DNA of 64,000 nt from Octopus vulgaris (GCA_951406725.2 OX597823.1:63364001-63428000); one strand, 5' to 3'; positions 13,300-27,481 are shown, counted from the first letter of the stretch. The notes: generated by a model not told the origin, from the letters alone. Program-made: numbers and translations.

Positions 13300-14200
13300 G
13301 TAATGGGAAAAAGTAGAATAGAATTTGGGTTTACATGAAAAAATTACGTCAGAGAACCTATTGAATAACAAGGAGTTATGACAGCGAAGGATTACGAGCC
13401 ATTCCCTGCAACACAACTTAAACATACCGTGGTTAGTATTTTACGGGGAAGCCACACAAACTACGGACCAGCATATAGTATAGGGAATATTCTGGGAATT
13501 GAGGTGGTGGGAACGTGGAGTTATTACCCAGCATTTATATACGACATTATCGCGTAAACAAATACCATCCAACGGACATAGCTGGGAGAACTGGAAATTC
13601 CAGGTTTTCCCGCTACTTGTGGGCTTAGCATTAATCCCTCTTCTGATCTGATTCATATGATCCGTTATCCTCGAAGTTGGAATGGAGGTGCTGTCATTAC
13701 TAGTATGCGACCGAGTGAGGGCATCACTAAGGTTACGTGTGGTAGGGCTACTAGTGAAAGGGGCGGTATATACCAGGGATAATAGAGAGAGGGGCAGCAG
13801 TACCGTGGTTGCTCTTATTGTAGGTAAGGTTACCAAAACTAATAGTATTAGTAACTGGCAGGTTATGGTAAGTTTTGTTTTCAGTCTAATATTAGGGGCA
13901 TACAGTCTAATATTAGGGGCATACAGTCTAATATTAGGGACATACGAGATCGTTTTGGGATCTATATGATCATTAAAGATATTAGCTGATAGGTTAGAGA
14001 TCGTGATAAAAAGTATTAGTGATAATACTATTAAGGGCAGATCTAGGGTGAATTGACAGGATACTGATATATTCTAAAGACTCATTTGGTTTAAAGGTTA
14101 GCATCTAGGTCGAGAGTGACATGCAAGAAGTTAGTTACTTTAGTGCAATTTTCGAATGAGATAGAAAGAATATAGCTTTTAAAGAATCTATGGGTATGTT
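13300..14200 (-). mobile_element. Penelope-like element remnant (RT thumb plus GIY-YIG region), internally deleted
   Basis: [22 protein letters not shown]; CPLDGICLRDNVVYKCWV; KLCCREWLVIL; 21-bp triple repeat near 13883..13945. Confidence 0.75.
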
Positions 14201-14305
14201 TAACAGAGGTCAAGACATACTTGTGGCTGTAAGGGTATCCATCCATCCATCCATCTATCCATCCATCTATCCATTTATTCATCCACGCATCTATCCATCT
14301 GTACA

Positions 14306-14338
<33 letters not shown>

Positions 14339-14548
14339 GCATGAAAGTATACATATATATATATATATACATACATACGTACATACATACATACATATAT
14401 ACATGCATGCATACATTCATGTTTGTGGGTGTTGTTTATATATCCATTTTCAGAAGTTACCTGACGCATACCATATATCATAGATTTATCTTTGTGAATT
14501 TTGATATATTGCAAGATGTATTCACATCTTTGAACACTGATAACCTTG

Positions 14549-14610
<62 letters not shown>

Positions 14611-15169
14611 CTTGCACACACACACACGTATCACAGATCAAATCAAACTTAACATGAACGTATTTAATCTATTTTACAGTATATCAGTACGGTAATCTTT
14701 GTACATCTACATATTCTTTACATACACTTATGAATACATACGCATATGCATATTTTCTTACATACAAACATACATGCGTGCATACAAATTAGCATAAATA
14801 TATATATAAATGCATCCATACATATATGCATAAATATATACATGCACGCATACATACATACATACATACATACATACATACATACATACATACATACATA
14901 CATACATACATACATACATACATGAGTGCTATACAATATATTCACACAGAACATAGCTCGTTCTCTGTTATTTACAAAATCCTGAAACTGTTTGAATTTG
15001 TGATTTTGTTAATGAGAGGTTAGTTTTGGCAAAAACAAAACTTGCATGCACACGTACATACATACATACATACATACATACATACATACATACATACATA
15101 CATACATACATACATACATACATACATACATACATACATACGTACGTACGTAGCACTTCGTTTTGCAAG

Positions 15170-15378
15170 TAAATGCCTGTCAGTCTGGATAAGTTGAGAT
15201 TTTCAAAAAAGAAATCAACTGACTCGCACGTTACAAATACTGTCTGTTAGCTGGACAGTAAAACTAAGCAAAACCTTCTCAGGCTTAAAATGTGACACCG
15301 TTTTCGTTATCTGTATTCCAATGAAAGAGCTTTGTATCTTTGTTAGAAACCAGCTCCTTCCTCAGAAGAAGAATTTAC
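15170..15378 (+). mobile_element. 5'-truncated R4/Dong-like 3' end
   Basis: LDKLRFSKKE..LQILSVSWTVKLSKTF resembles 16640..16756. Confidence 0.65.
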
Positions 15379-15514
15379 ATGATTACATACATACATCTTT
15401 GCGTACATACATACGCACATACATACATACGTACGTACGTACATACATACATACATACATACATACATACATACATACATACATACATACATACATACAT
15501 AAAGATAGAGTGAC

Positions 15515-16860
15515 CTGAGAATATTAAATCAGACTTGGGAAAATATGGCTGTCGGAACTCTCCTCTTACAACAAAGCAATATCCCACAATGTGTTTGCAG
15601 TACCAGTGCTGATCCCAACATTTGTGATACTTGATTGGTCTGTAGAGGAAATTCACTCCATAGATATCAAAACCCGCAAAATCCTGACAACAATTGGGAA
15701 CTTCCCACAGAAACAGTGATGTTGACGGGCTCTACCTAAGAAGAAATGGTGGTAGACGGCCTTCAAATGCCGTATGGTATCACTCAGGCAGCACCTTTCA
15801 GAATAACAACAGCAAAAATAAATATATAAATGCAGTACTGAAAAGTGAAGTGAGCAACATTGTACGAGTTGGCAGTGAGCTCCCCAAGAAGCACTCTCTT
15901 TCTGATGATCTCCTATACAGCCCTTAACAGCTGGGCTCTCTTACCTCGTGGAAGACCTGGATAGAAAGCACTCAGCATACAAAAATAGACTATGCATGGG
16001 TATGTTACCCAGAAGCTTGAAGAAGACAGAAGAATAGATACGAAGCGCAGCCTCTCTTAGACACAAGACCACTACATCACATCACAATTTTGAAGGCTGT
16101 GTTTGCAATCCAGGAACAGGAGATTGCCACAAAGTACCTGTTGAACAAGAGAGACAGTGACCCTCTTGCAAACCGCCTGTGTAGGCCGTGTCATGTTTCT
16201 GTAGAAGACATCATGTATGTGACTAGCAGCTGTCGTAAAATGTTGTCACGGTACTACCTCCCTATGCGGCACGATGTTGTCGCTAAAACAATTTACAATG
16301 CTATCCGAAAAAAAGACTTTCCTGAAATAAACTTAGAAAATCCTTCTGCTATGGAATACATTCCTAAACACCAACTCAAGGAATATCGGTGGAATATTCC
16401 CTTCAAAACTTGTGTCAAACGTAAACATAACAGACCGGATATTGTTGTTTAGGACAGAGGGGCAAAGGTATGTACCATCACATAAGTTAGCTGCCCTGCA
16501 GATATAAATATCTCTTTGAAAATCAAAGAAAAAGGATATCTGTCGATAATTGCTTTGAAACCTCCAGCTTCTATATCCGGACTATGAATTTATATTCATA
16601 CCAATAATAATTGGAGCACTAGGTTTTGTTAGTAAATGCTTAAAGGAGAATATGGATAAACTGGGATTTTCAGACCGGCTAATTCGTACATTACAAGTGC
16701 AATCTATGAGTGGAACAGTAAAAATATGCAGGACTTTTCTCAAGTTCCAAATGTGAATTTGTCTGTATTAACTACATCCCAAAAATGGACCCTTGTGTTT
16801 TTGTTGGAAACTGGCTTCCTCCTTAGTGGAAGATTTATAATAATTAAAAAATAGAAGAGA
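15515..16860 (+). mobile_element. R4/Dong-like RLE non-LTR retrotransposon, 3' part
   Basis: IDIKTRKILT, AIQEQEI, CRPC..RHD zinc-knuckle region, HNRPDIVV (RLE), IPIIIGALG; flanked by (TACA)n. Confidence 0.9.
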
Positions 16861-17204
16861 CATACTTACAAACGCAAGCCATCGCTGGAACTGTAAAAAT
16901 CTGTAAAACTTTCCAGAAATTTATCATTTAAGTATATATGAGCATGTCTAGACATGCAACTATATGCATGAGAATACGTACATAAGACCCTGCACATAAG
17001 ACCCTGCACATATACATACATACCTACATACATACATACATACATACATACATACATACATACATACATACATACATACATACATACAAAAATACCCTGT
17101 GTGATGTTGAAATTCCAATGAAGGAGCTTCTTCTCTGTTAGAAGAAATCTTGAAATAAAACTGAATAGTGATATACATACGTACGTACGTAACAAAAAAA
17201 AAGG

Positions 17205-17820
17205 TCATCTGAAGTCTCAGCTTACAAGGATATCGCCCACAACGTATTTGTTGTACTCACGTTTAGCCTTCTGAATTGGTCAGTACAAGAATTCAGTGAA
17301 GTAGATGAGCGAATTCGCATGCTACTCAATGTTACAGGAAACTTCAGCATCGTTGAAACTGTAGATACACGGATGGTGGTCATAGTCTTAAATATGTATT
17401 TACTTCATATGAAATCGGTATTGTGACACTGAGGCAACATCTACAGCAGAGAAAAGAGACTAGTAACTATCTTGCTAAGTTTTTTTACCACGAGATCAAC
17501 ACCATAATTAGGATAACTATAATGAACTTGAGGAAAGGCACGAAATAAGAGCTGATACAACTCTTCGAGTGGTATTGGTAAATTCTATTTATGAAACGAA
17601 AAAAAAAAAATGGACCACTTCACCGAGAAGATAGTGCATGGATTCTTGGCATGAAAGACATAAATCTTAGAATGAATTGATCACATGAAAAGCTTGGTAT
17701 ATAGTACCGACAAGTTTATGACATGCCATTTGATGGTTACCTTCATGCGCTTCAGGAACAAGAGGTCCTCACGAAATACCCGCTGTATAAAAGGCAGAAA
17801 ACAGTGACGAACAGCAAATT
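17205..17820 (+). mobile_element. R4/Dong-like fragment
   Basis: IAHNVFVV..FSLLNWSVQE..GNF, DGYLHALQEQEVLTKY. Confidence 0.75.
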
Positions 17821-18769
17821 TAGTTTGACTTCACTCCTTAGTCACTACAACTTTCAGGTCCGCTCTGGTCTGGGGTGTTATTACGTTTCAAGAGTCCCAA
17901 TAATCGGTCAAATAGCAGTAGATACATTTGGTTAATAGATTGTTTCTAATTTAGGCATAAGATCAGTAATTTTGAATGGAGTCGGTTGATCGATATCATT
18001 GACAACCAATACGTGACAAGTACTTTATGTTATCGACTCTGAAAGGTTGAAAGGTAAAATTGACCTCGGCTGGATTTGAACTCAGAAAGCAAGGAATCGA
18101 AAGAAATACGCGCACACACACACTCTCTCACACATGCACGCGCCCACACGAACGCACAAGTACGCGCCCCCACACAAAAGAAAGGAACGGAAAGAAGAAT
18201 AAGTTCAAGGACCGACATAACGCCTACTCTAGCACTCCCTCCCCGTTAGTTCCTGTAAATAACTATAAACCACTGGTGACACCATAAACACCACTAAAAA
18301 GATGGCAAGCGAGATAGATGATGTACAGAAATATGAGACTGGAGTATCAATGATAACGTTTTAAAAAGCTATTATATATTACAGACAAGTTCGTGTTAAT
18401 GAACTCATAACAGGGAATAGTAAAAAGCTAACTAAAAATAATTCTGTGGTGAGACATCAGAATTAATCAACGACTAAGATTTCATTCATTTCGGTAATTA
18501 TGGGAAGCAACTCTGGTTATATACCGTAGTATCAAACCTCTTCAGTGAAGCATAGAGTTCCCTATATACATCAACGAAAATATCCAGTGAAATCCGTGAA
18601 GGTAAAGTCAGTAGATCCAGTGGTGATCCGGGTAGAATGCTGGTATGTGGATGAGAAGAGGTGCTGAAAGATCGGGAAGTGGTTCAGATATGCAAGTCCA
18701 AAGAGTAGGAAGTTCAGTGAGAATCAAACTGGGATATTCGCCAGGCTAGACCGCTGAAATCTACAAGTT

Positions 18770-18940
18770 TTTTTTTTCATTCTCTCTCTGCTTATTTTCT
18801 CTTATTCTTTCTGCTGAAGAGCGTAGACTCGAAATATAAAAGACTTTTTTACCTTCCCGAGCATCAAACTAATACACTTGCTTGTTTTTCATACACCTGT
18901 TTTCGTCTTTTGTTTTTCTATAAATTTCCCTATATATATT
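18770..18940 (+). mobile_element. Short pLTR-like element with variant hammerhead at 18806..18843
   Basis: UCUUU-CUGCUGA-A-GAGCGUAGACUC-GAA-AUAU-A-AAAGA; homologous to 35291 and 42070. Confidence 0.7.
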
Positions 18941-18999
18941 TCGAAGTATGACGGAATTATTAAGTTGGTGTAGAACAAACGTGAAAATTGCCGGAATTA

Positions 19000-19530
19000 T
19001 TAAAACAATTGAGTTGAGTCCAGTATACTAGCACAAAAGGAGTGCATTGGGGTGTTAGTCGAGAGTGTGGATTCAAAACAACAGAAAAGTGGTATGAACA
19101 CGAACCGGAGACTGTGATAGAAAATGAAAATTACAAGATCTTGTGGGGATTCACCATAAAGATTAAGGCAAGAAGACCAGAGAAAATAAACAAACAGTGC
19201 AAGATAATAGTTTCTGCAATTCGCTATGATACAAAAGAAATGGAAAAAATTGAGAAATAACAGGATTTAACCAGAGAGCTGAGGAGATTGTAGAAGACCA
19301 AAGCAACAATTATTCCTGTTGTAAGTGCACTTGGCACAACACCTAAAATTCCACCTAAAGCCTGAATAAGATTAGAATTGAAACTCGCATAGTTGACCTG
19401 AAGAAAAGTACCATTGTATATTCTGCAAGAAACCTAAGAAAAATTCTTGAGATTCGAAGAGAGTTGTTGACACCAAGCCTCAAGATAAAATACCTGCTGA
19501 CTAAATTAACATACACTAACATAATAATAG
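19000..19530 (+). mobile_element. R4/Dong-like RLE 3' end
   Basis: VHW..KWYEHEPETVIENENYKILW..ARRP..EKIEK..IIPVVSALG. Confidence 0.85.
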
Positions 19531-20174
19531 TAATGGTTTCTGATTTAGGTAAAGACCAACAATTTTTGAGGGGATGGATTAGGCAAAACCATCGACACCA
19601 ATACAAGATTCAAACTTGATTACAAGGATATGTGGTAAAAGCGATCTTGGTGGAATTTGCACTCCAAGAATAGAAAGTAGGAACAACAAGAACACCCAGA
19701 GAGTGAAAACCTCTGTCAAAGACATCACCAATGTCCTATCAACGATTAACCAGAGATTTTTAAAATGAGAATATCTGAAATAAACTCGACTGCTCTCACA
19801 AACGAGAATACTAAAAATGAACCCGACCGCTCTCAAAAATTAAGTAAAAAAAAAACGGAAAAATAATCCAGAATCCTGGTAGTCATGTGGAATGTAACGG
19901 TGGCTGTAGAAAATTTAGTAACAGTAATAAATAGTTTATCCTTATCTAATACAAGCCAAAATTAACTAATTCACCATTAAAAATAGTTTCAAAGATGGAG
20001 GTAATAAATTTTACTCAGGAATTTTAAATGAATATCATGAGACGTTTTGGTTTTCTCTTCTCTTAAATTCTGGCATTCCTTTAGTATTCCTGTTGTTTTA
20101 GATCGATGTATAGATTATGTAAAGATGTAAGTATACAGTAAAGTGTTAATATGTATATATAATATATATATATC

Positions 20175-20472
20175 AAGGCGTCTAGTTGGCAGAATCGTTA
20201 GCATGCCGGGCGAAATGCACGGTTTTCGTCTGCCGTTAGCGGTATTTCGTCTGCCGTTACGTTCTGAGTTCAAATTCCCTTGCCGAGGAGAAATAGATTT
20301 GTCTGCCGTTCGTTCTGAGTTCAAATCCGCCGGGTCGACTTTGCCTCTCATCTTTTCGGAGTCGATTAAATAAGTACCAGTTACGCACTGGAGTCGATGT
20401 AATCGACTTAATCCGTTTTCTGTCCCTGTTTGTCCCCTCTATGTTTAGCCCCTTGTGGATAGTAAAGAAATA
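20175..20472 (+). mobile_element. SINE family A with internal duplications
   Basis: Match to 46632..46865; repeated gtctgccgtt segments. Confidence 0.85.
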
Positions 20473-20710
20473 AATATATAATATGTATATTATAAAAATA
20501 TATATTATAAAAATATGTTAGTGTTATTTAATTTCTGAACGGTTTTGCTGCCGTTTATTTATATAGTTTGATTTCTTTATCCATCAATTTCTACTAAGAT
20601 AGAGATGTGAGTAAAATTAATAATAGAGAAACGAAAATAAAACTTTGGAAACAGCCTAAAGGGAAATAATTGAGAAAGACTTGAAAGTCAACGTAAGATC
20701 GTAATCATGT

Positions 20711-20908
20711 AACAAATAATTCAGAATCCTTGTCCGATACCGGATCGATCCTCAAATCGAATCAGTTCTTGCCAGTCACGAGGCCAAACATCCCTGAAAG
20801 TTTCATCCGAATCCATCCAGCAGTCTTTGAGATATCTTGTCCGCGGACAAACAAACAAACAAACACGACTGAAAACAATACCTCCGCCTTAGCGAAGGCG
20901 GAGGCAAA
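20711..20908 (+). mobile_element. Helentron-associated (HINE-like) 3' end
   Basis: (ACAA)n followed by terminal hairpin CCTCCGCCTT-AGCG-AAGGCGGAGG. Confidence 0.65.
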
Positions 20909-21024
20909 TATATATAGCACGGGGTTCTATCCAACGATCTAATGATTCTGCCTTTAGTCCTCTATGGTAGTGATAGAAGAACAAGGAAACCCCTATAAAT
21001 TCATAAACTCTGATTTAGCTAACC

Positions 21025-21491
21025 CTTTCAAATTTTTGGTACAAGGCCAATAATTTTAAAGGGAGGGGAAAATCGTTTACATTAAACCCAATGTTCGGCT
21101 GATACTTATTTTATCAGCCCCGAAAGAATAAAAGGCAAAGTCCATCACCGTGGCATTTGTACTCAAAACGTAAAGCCGAAAGAAATGCCGCTAAGTATTT
21201 TGTCCGGCGTGCTAACGATTCTACCAGTTCACCGCCGTAAATTCTCATATAATTAATACCTATTTCTTTACTACCCACAAGGGGCTAAACATAGAGTGGA
21301 CAAACGGACAGACAAAAGGATTAAGACGATTACATCGACCCCAGTGCGTAACTGGTACTTAATTTATCGACACCGAAAGGACGAATGGCAAAGTCGACCT
21401 CGGCGGAATTTGAACTCAGAAAGTAACGGCAGACGAAATACCGCTAAGCATTTCGCCTGGCGTGCTAACGTTTCTGCCAGCTCGCCGCCTT
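21025..21491 (-). mobile_element. Two SINE family A copies (old, then young with about 23-bp TSD)
   Basis: taaattctcatataattaatacc / taaattctgatataatgaatacc flank 21260..21491. Confidence 0.85.
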
Positions 21492-22171
21492 AAATTCTGA
21501 TATAATGAATACCGCCTGTTCAATAGGAGATAAAGAATTAGATGATTTTTGTTGACGGTAAGTTGAAATGGTCACCAAAATTGTAAACGATGAAAGGAAG
21601 TCTGATGCTGATAACCGAAATCAATGCTTACTACAGAAATTGTATATGGACAACAAACAGCAATGAATCTGGAAATTAATTTCATTAATAATGGTCCTTA
21701 GATGCGATGTAGTTGGAAGTTATAAAGGGAAATATGGCAAACTATAGAGACATAAGAAAATCATTACATTGATTTGTAAAAGAGATATGTTACACAAGTC
21801 TGAAATTATGAATTTCATAAGACAACGGGTTATTCAACAGACGTTAAAGAAAGAAACAACTAATTTAATAACTTTAAGTGAAAGCAAAAAGCAAGGAAAT
21901 AGACACTATATACAAAGGCTATGTATAAAAAGTGTTTGCATGGTCGTATTTTTTTTTTATCTTCGTTTCAATAAATCATTGTTGAAATTTTGTTTGTATA
22001 TTTTTATTAATAACATTTAAAAAAAACCAAAAAACAAACGCATCAATGTCGACTTACTCGATTTTCGTTTGGACGGCAAATTACGTAACCAACTCACCGT
22101 GTAAACCGAGTGATAGCTATGTATGTATATATGTATGTATATATATATGTACCTGTATCTGTGTGAGTGTG

Positions 22172-22207
<36 letters not shown>

Positions 22208-22560
22208 ATCACACACACACACACAAACATGTATATGAAGTTCTCCTCTTGTTGTACGAATATGACAAGTAACTGACTATCAATTTGACCATAAAACTTA
22301 AAAGGCGGCCCACATAGTTCTTTCTATAATATTAAGTAAGTGTAAATCCTTTTCTATTAAAGAAAAAAAAAACAAACAAGAAAACAAGCAAAAAAACAAC
22401 CGTGATAATTCTCATTGTCAAATGACTAAGAGCTCAATTCATCTAATAACTTATTTTATGACATTCGTTTAAAGGAAAAAACAAAATTCTCTGACGTATT
22501 TTGAAAGTTTTTATGGCAGCAGCAATAAATACTTCAGTAGTTACAAATTGAAGTAACATC

Positions 22561-22597
<37 letters not shown>

Positions 22598-22759
22598 GTT
22601 TGTCTGTCTTTTATTTTATGAAACTGTCATTTAACTCTCTCAACTGTCAGCCACTGTGAGCGCGCGTGCGAGGTGTTTATGTGTGTGTGCATGCTCGTGT
22701 ATATACATGCACGCGTACATACATACATACATACATGCATACATACATACATACATACA

Positions 22760-22809
<50 letters not shown>

Positions 22810-22841
22810 ATCAAAATAAGCAACAAGGATATCCAGAGTCA

Positions 22842-22928
22842 ATACAGTACGATCGTTTCATGCGATTCCATTTAATTAAACAAAAGTATTACATCAGTTT
22901 TAAAATGTAGAGCAATCTTCAGCTGCAT
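22842..22928 (-). ncRNA. Type I hammerhead ribozyme, canonical core, long stem II insert
   Basis: AUGCAG-CUGAAGA-UUGC..GCAU-GAA-ACGAUCGU-A-CUGUAU. Confidence 0.75.
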
Positions 22929-23019
22929 ATAAATATAGAATTTAGTTAAATTTGAAAGATTCATTTTTATAGTTATTCTATTTACCAACATCACTAAGCG
23001 GGTAAGTAGGTAGACAGAG

Positions 23020-23055
<36 letters not shown>

Positions 23056-23699
23056 GTATGTATATATATATATATACACATACACATTATCACACGTATA
23101 TTACATGTATACAAATGTATGTTATGTATGTATGTGTGTGTACAAATAGAGAGACTTTTGAGAGAACGTGAAATAAGTTTTAGAAACGGTGAATATTGTA
23201 ACAGATAAAGCCATAAGTTTCTGAATTCTTACGTTGTCAATGACATACAATTCTCACTGGTAAAAAAAACTTTCTAAACCGGATTTAGAAATTCGGAGGT
23301 TTGCTTTGGTCCAATGGTAGACCAATGGTACAGCAAATGTGGAAGCCTTCTCCTTGTTTTATATTTTATATATTGTATTTTAGTGTATTTAAAGATATTC
23401 AGCTTTGAATTTAATCAACACAACCTAACTGTAATTGCAATGGTGATCCTTTCCTAGGTTTCAATAAATATACTTCATTAATAGTATTGTACGTTCTGAG
23501 TTCGAATCTCACCTGTCTGGATAGGGCTACAGGAAACAATTCCAGTATCCATCCCAAATCTAGTCATGGTAGCTGAAGTTCCGTTAATCTACTTAACGGT
23601 TGAAGGCAAGGTTACGCCTCATCCCAGTAATGGAAAAGGTTCACATGCACAAGACCTACCCAAGAGTAGACCTCTGTTAGACTAGACTAGACTAGACTG

Positions 23700-24480
23700 G
23701 TATTGTGCACTACAGGCTTTGGGCAAATTAAGAATAATTTGGAAGTTTACGTTGCCTGACCCGGTAAAAAGGCCATACTATTTCTTCAGAGTCTAATTCT
23801 TCAGACCCACACTAAAATTAGTTCTTCTTTACGATTCATCAGCGTTGACTCTGACAAAAAAGATAGACAGCAAGCTTTCTATCGTATGTTGCTTGCTGTT
23901 CTCAACAGGTTATGGAAACGATATTCAACGAAAGAAGAACTTCATAGAAATATTCCCAACATATCATCGATCACATGTTTAGATCATCTCTACAGATTTT
24001 CAATAGTAATTATAGCAAGCACTGATTTTGTTACGCTGTTTCGTATCCGAGACGTCAGATGTAAAGAAACAATGAAATCGAAAATGAAAAACCGGGTAAT
24101 GGGCATATATGCCATATTTCGGGAGTTTTTGTTCCTTCATCAGCACCCATGTAAGCCATTAATCATTGAAGAAATCATTGCTTAAATAGTTACAACATAT
24201 AGCGGTGTAACGTTATTGGATATACCGGTGTACATATTAAACACGTTCCTGGAAACTGGGCAAGATATGCAGGTCACTGCTATCAAAACAAAGATAAATT
24301 AGTGAGTGAACTCCTGTGAATTCCGAATTCCATGGAAATTCTCATATCAGACGACCTGAATGACATACATTGACCAATTGTCAAGTGATGTAGAGTAACA
24401 AATAGAAGACCTCAAAAATGTCATGGAAGACAGGAACGCTTGGACAGAAAGAATGGTTTCATTCCGGGCGACTCAACCGA
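23700..24480 (+). mobile_element. RTE-clade LINE 3' remnant, interrupted near 23990..24240
   Basis: ALGKLRIIWK..VLLYDSSALTLTK..RMLLAVLN; YAGHCY..TYIDQL..MEDRNAW. Confidence 0.8.
24099..24150 (-). ncRNA. Type I hammerhead ribozyme, canonical core
   Basis: AUGGGUG-CUGAUGA-AGGA..UCCC-GAA-AUAUGGCAUAU-A-UGCCCAU. Confidence 0.75.
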
Positions 24481-24550
24481 AACGGAAAAAAAGAGAAAGA
24501 AGGGAAAATAATTGGCTTTGTATAATTACACGTCACTCAGACAGATAGAC

Positions 24551-24618
<68 letters not shown>

Positions 24619-24825
24619 GTGTATATATATATTGATTACTTAGTCGATAACTATATACGTAGATATGCCAGGAGATTGATCAATCAGTCTAACGATCAAT
24701 AGATTGATTACAAATTGTTAGTGAGATTGATAAAAAAATAGATTGATAAGGAAAAGGTAGATTGATTGATCGATCAAACGATACATAGACAGGGTGATCG
24801 ATCGTCAAACGAAAAAAGAATACAC

Positions 24826-24966
<141 letters not shown>

Positions 24967-25184
24967 GTATGTATGTATGTATATATGTATGTCTCTGTGT
25001 GTGTGTGATTCAATACGTGTGTATGCATGAATGTATGTACGTACATATATTTAATACAGAGGTCAGAAGAGGTATAACATCGCCTGTGGGATTCGAACAC
25101 CGTGTCTACTGTAAACTATTCTAACACTCTCTCACACACATACAGATATTCATAAATGCATGTGTATACATACAAAAACATATA

Positions 25185-25230
<46 letters not shown>

Positions 25231-25389
25231 TATATATATCGTCATATATATATACATATATATATATCGTAAAATATATTTGCCAACTAAATGTGGCGGT
25301 CCTATAGAGAACGATGTTACTGTTGTTTTTAGCCCCATGAAGCCATCTCCTCCAGCTGGTCAACGACACAATCTGTGTCTGATCGGAGT

Positions 25390-25607
25390 GAGGGTGTTCC
25401 AAAATTCGCGCACCATTCTGGTTTTCATTAAAAATCCTTGACGCAATTTATTTAATTTTATTTTTTTCTAATTTATTTTATTATATTTAATTTATTTCTA
25501 TCAATTGTTATGATTGTTATGATTAATTTCAATAAAGTGTTTTTCAAATCAATAAAGGTGTATGTTTTTGAAAAACCAGGATGGTGCTCGATTTCAGGGA
25601 CACCCTG
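25390..25607. mobile_element. Tc1/mariner-type MITE
   Basis: Imperfect TIRs of about 38 bp: agggtgttccaaaattcgcgcaccattctggtttt / aaaaccaggatggtgctcgatttcagggacaccctg|TA. Confidence 0.7.
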
Positions 25608-25614
25608 TATATAT

Positions 25615-27050
25615 ATGATTGATTGATTGATTGATTGATTCTAGTTTCAGCTTATGAGCTGTGGCCATGCTGGGGCACCGCCATTTGGTGTTGCTACTTG
25701 GTTTCACTTCATGGAGGCTTTCTAGCAACTGCTATTTGGTGCATGAGAGAGTTCGATGCAGCTGCCCTCATCTGCCCCTCCTGCCGTGAAGTTGGTTCAT
25801 CTGGGACACCTGACAGGAAGAGATCCAGCTTCATTTTAAAGACATCTGTATCCACCCCATGCAGGTCTCTCAGGTTCTTCGGGAGGATATTGAAGAGCTG
25901 TGGGCCTCGGAAGCCCAGGCTATCACAGAATCTTGTCCTACATCTTGATGGCAGGTTTGGAGTCCTAGGCACCACGCAGTGGCGCCCAGTTCTGGCATTT
26001 GCGTAACTCTCGATGCCAAAGTTCAGGACACTTCCCTCCAGGATCTTCCAGATGTATATTATGGCATATCTTTCCCGCCTACGCTCCAGGGAATATAATT
26101 TTAATCTCTTGAGTCTTTCCCAGTAGCTTACATTCTGCATAGAGGCTATCTTCTTTGTGTAGCTTCGTTGGATCGCCTCAAGTTCTGTGATCAACTTGAC
26201 ACTGGATGGTGACCATAGCTGAGAGCAATAGTCAAAGTGGCTTAGGACAAGTGTCTTCCAGAGGACCATCATGGTTTCTTGTTCTCTTGTTCTAAAGGTT
26301 CTAAGAATCCATCCAGCCAGCCGTCTACATTTCATTGTCAGTTTAGCAACATGTACATGAAAGGTCGCGTCATCACTCATGTGAATACCCAGGTCACGCA
26401 CTGATTGTGCCTCTGGGATTGCAATCCCTCCGGGTCCAGTGTATTCATTGGGTATTGCATTCAGTTTTGCATGCTGATAGTATAAAGCTTGAAACTTTCC
26501 AGCATTGAACTGCATGCTATTCTTTTCAGCCCACTTGTATATTTCGTCCAGCTCACATTGCAGGTGTTTAGTGTCCTCAGGGTTCTGTATTGCCTGTGAA
26601 ACTTTTGTATCATCTGCATAACTTGTGATCGTGGCTCTCTGCGTGGCTGAGGGCATGTCTGAGAGGGCCATTATGAACAGTAGTGGTCCCAGAACAGTGC
26701 CCTGCGGAACACCGCTCACTATTTGTGTGTTAATGGAGGTGGCCCCATTGGCTACTACCACCTGACTTCTATCCTTCAGAAAGTCATGAAGCCATTCTCC
26801 CAGTTTTCCAACTATGTTGAGATCACGCAGTTTGTGACATATCATTCCATGATCGACTTTATCAAAGGCCTTTGCAAAGTCGAGATATATCACTTCCACA
26901 TTTGAGTGGTTGAGCAGCCGTTTCAGCACCCAGTCATAGTGTTGTAGGAGCTGAGTTAAACAGCTTCTCCCTGGTCGGAAACCATGTTGGGTGTCGGGCA
27001 GCAAGTCATTCTCTTCAAGGAAGGTGATCAGCTTCCTTCTGACTATTCGT
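25615..27050 (-). mobile_element. CR1/L2-group LINE, 5'-truncated, open RT ORF 25709..27004, (AATC)n tail
   Basis: QHGFRPGRSC, YLDFAKAFDKV, GVPQGTVLGPLLF, YADD, RDLGI, YSLERRRERY. Confidence 0.95.
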
Positions 27051-27051
27051 T

Positions 27052-27442
27052 CCTATTTTACTTGTTTCAGTCATTTGACTGCGGCCATGCTGGAGCACAG
27101 CCTTTAATCGAGCAACTCGACCCCGGGACTTATTCTTTTGTAAGCCCAGTACTTATTCTATCGGTTTCTTTTGCCGAACCGCTAAGTAACGGGGACATAA
27201 ACACACCAGCATCGGTTGTCAAGCAATGCTAGGAGGACAAACACAGACACAAACACACACACGCATATATATACATATATACGACGGGCTTCTTTCAGTT
27301 TCCGTCTACCAAATCCACTCACAAGGCTTTGGTCGGCCCGAGGCTATAGTAGAAGACACTTGCCCTAGGTGCCACGCAGTGGGACTGAACCCGGAACCAT
27401 GTGGTTGGTAAACAAGCTACCTACCACACAGCCACTCCTGCG

Positions 27443-27445
<3 letters not shown>
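27052..27445 (-). mobile_element. Full-length SINE family B (tRNA head, CORE-like segment, LINE-derived tail)
   Basis: A box TGGCTGTGTGG, B box GGTTCAGTCCC; tail shared with the LINE at 25640..25685. Confidence 0.88.
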
Positions 27446-27478
<33 letters not shown>

Positions 27479-27481
27479 ATG

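Noticed and set aside
18470-18550. CUGAAGA followed by a hairpin on -
   Set aside because: GAAA is not adjacent to the stem and there is no stem I
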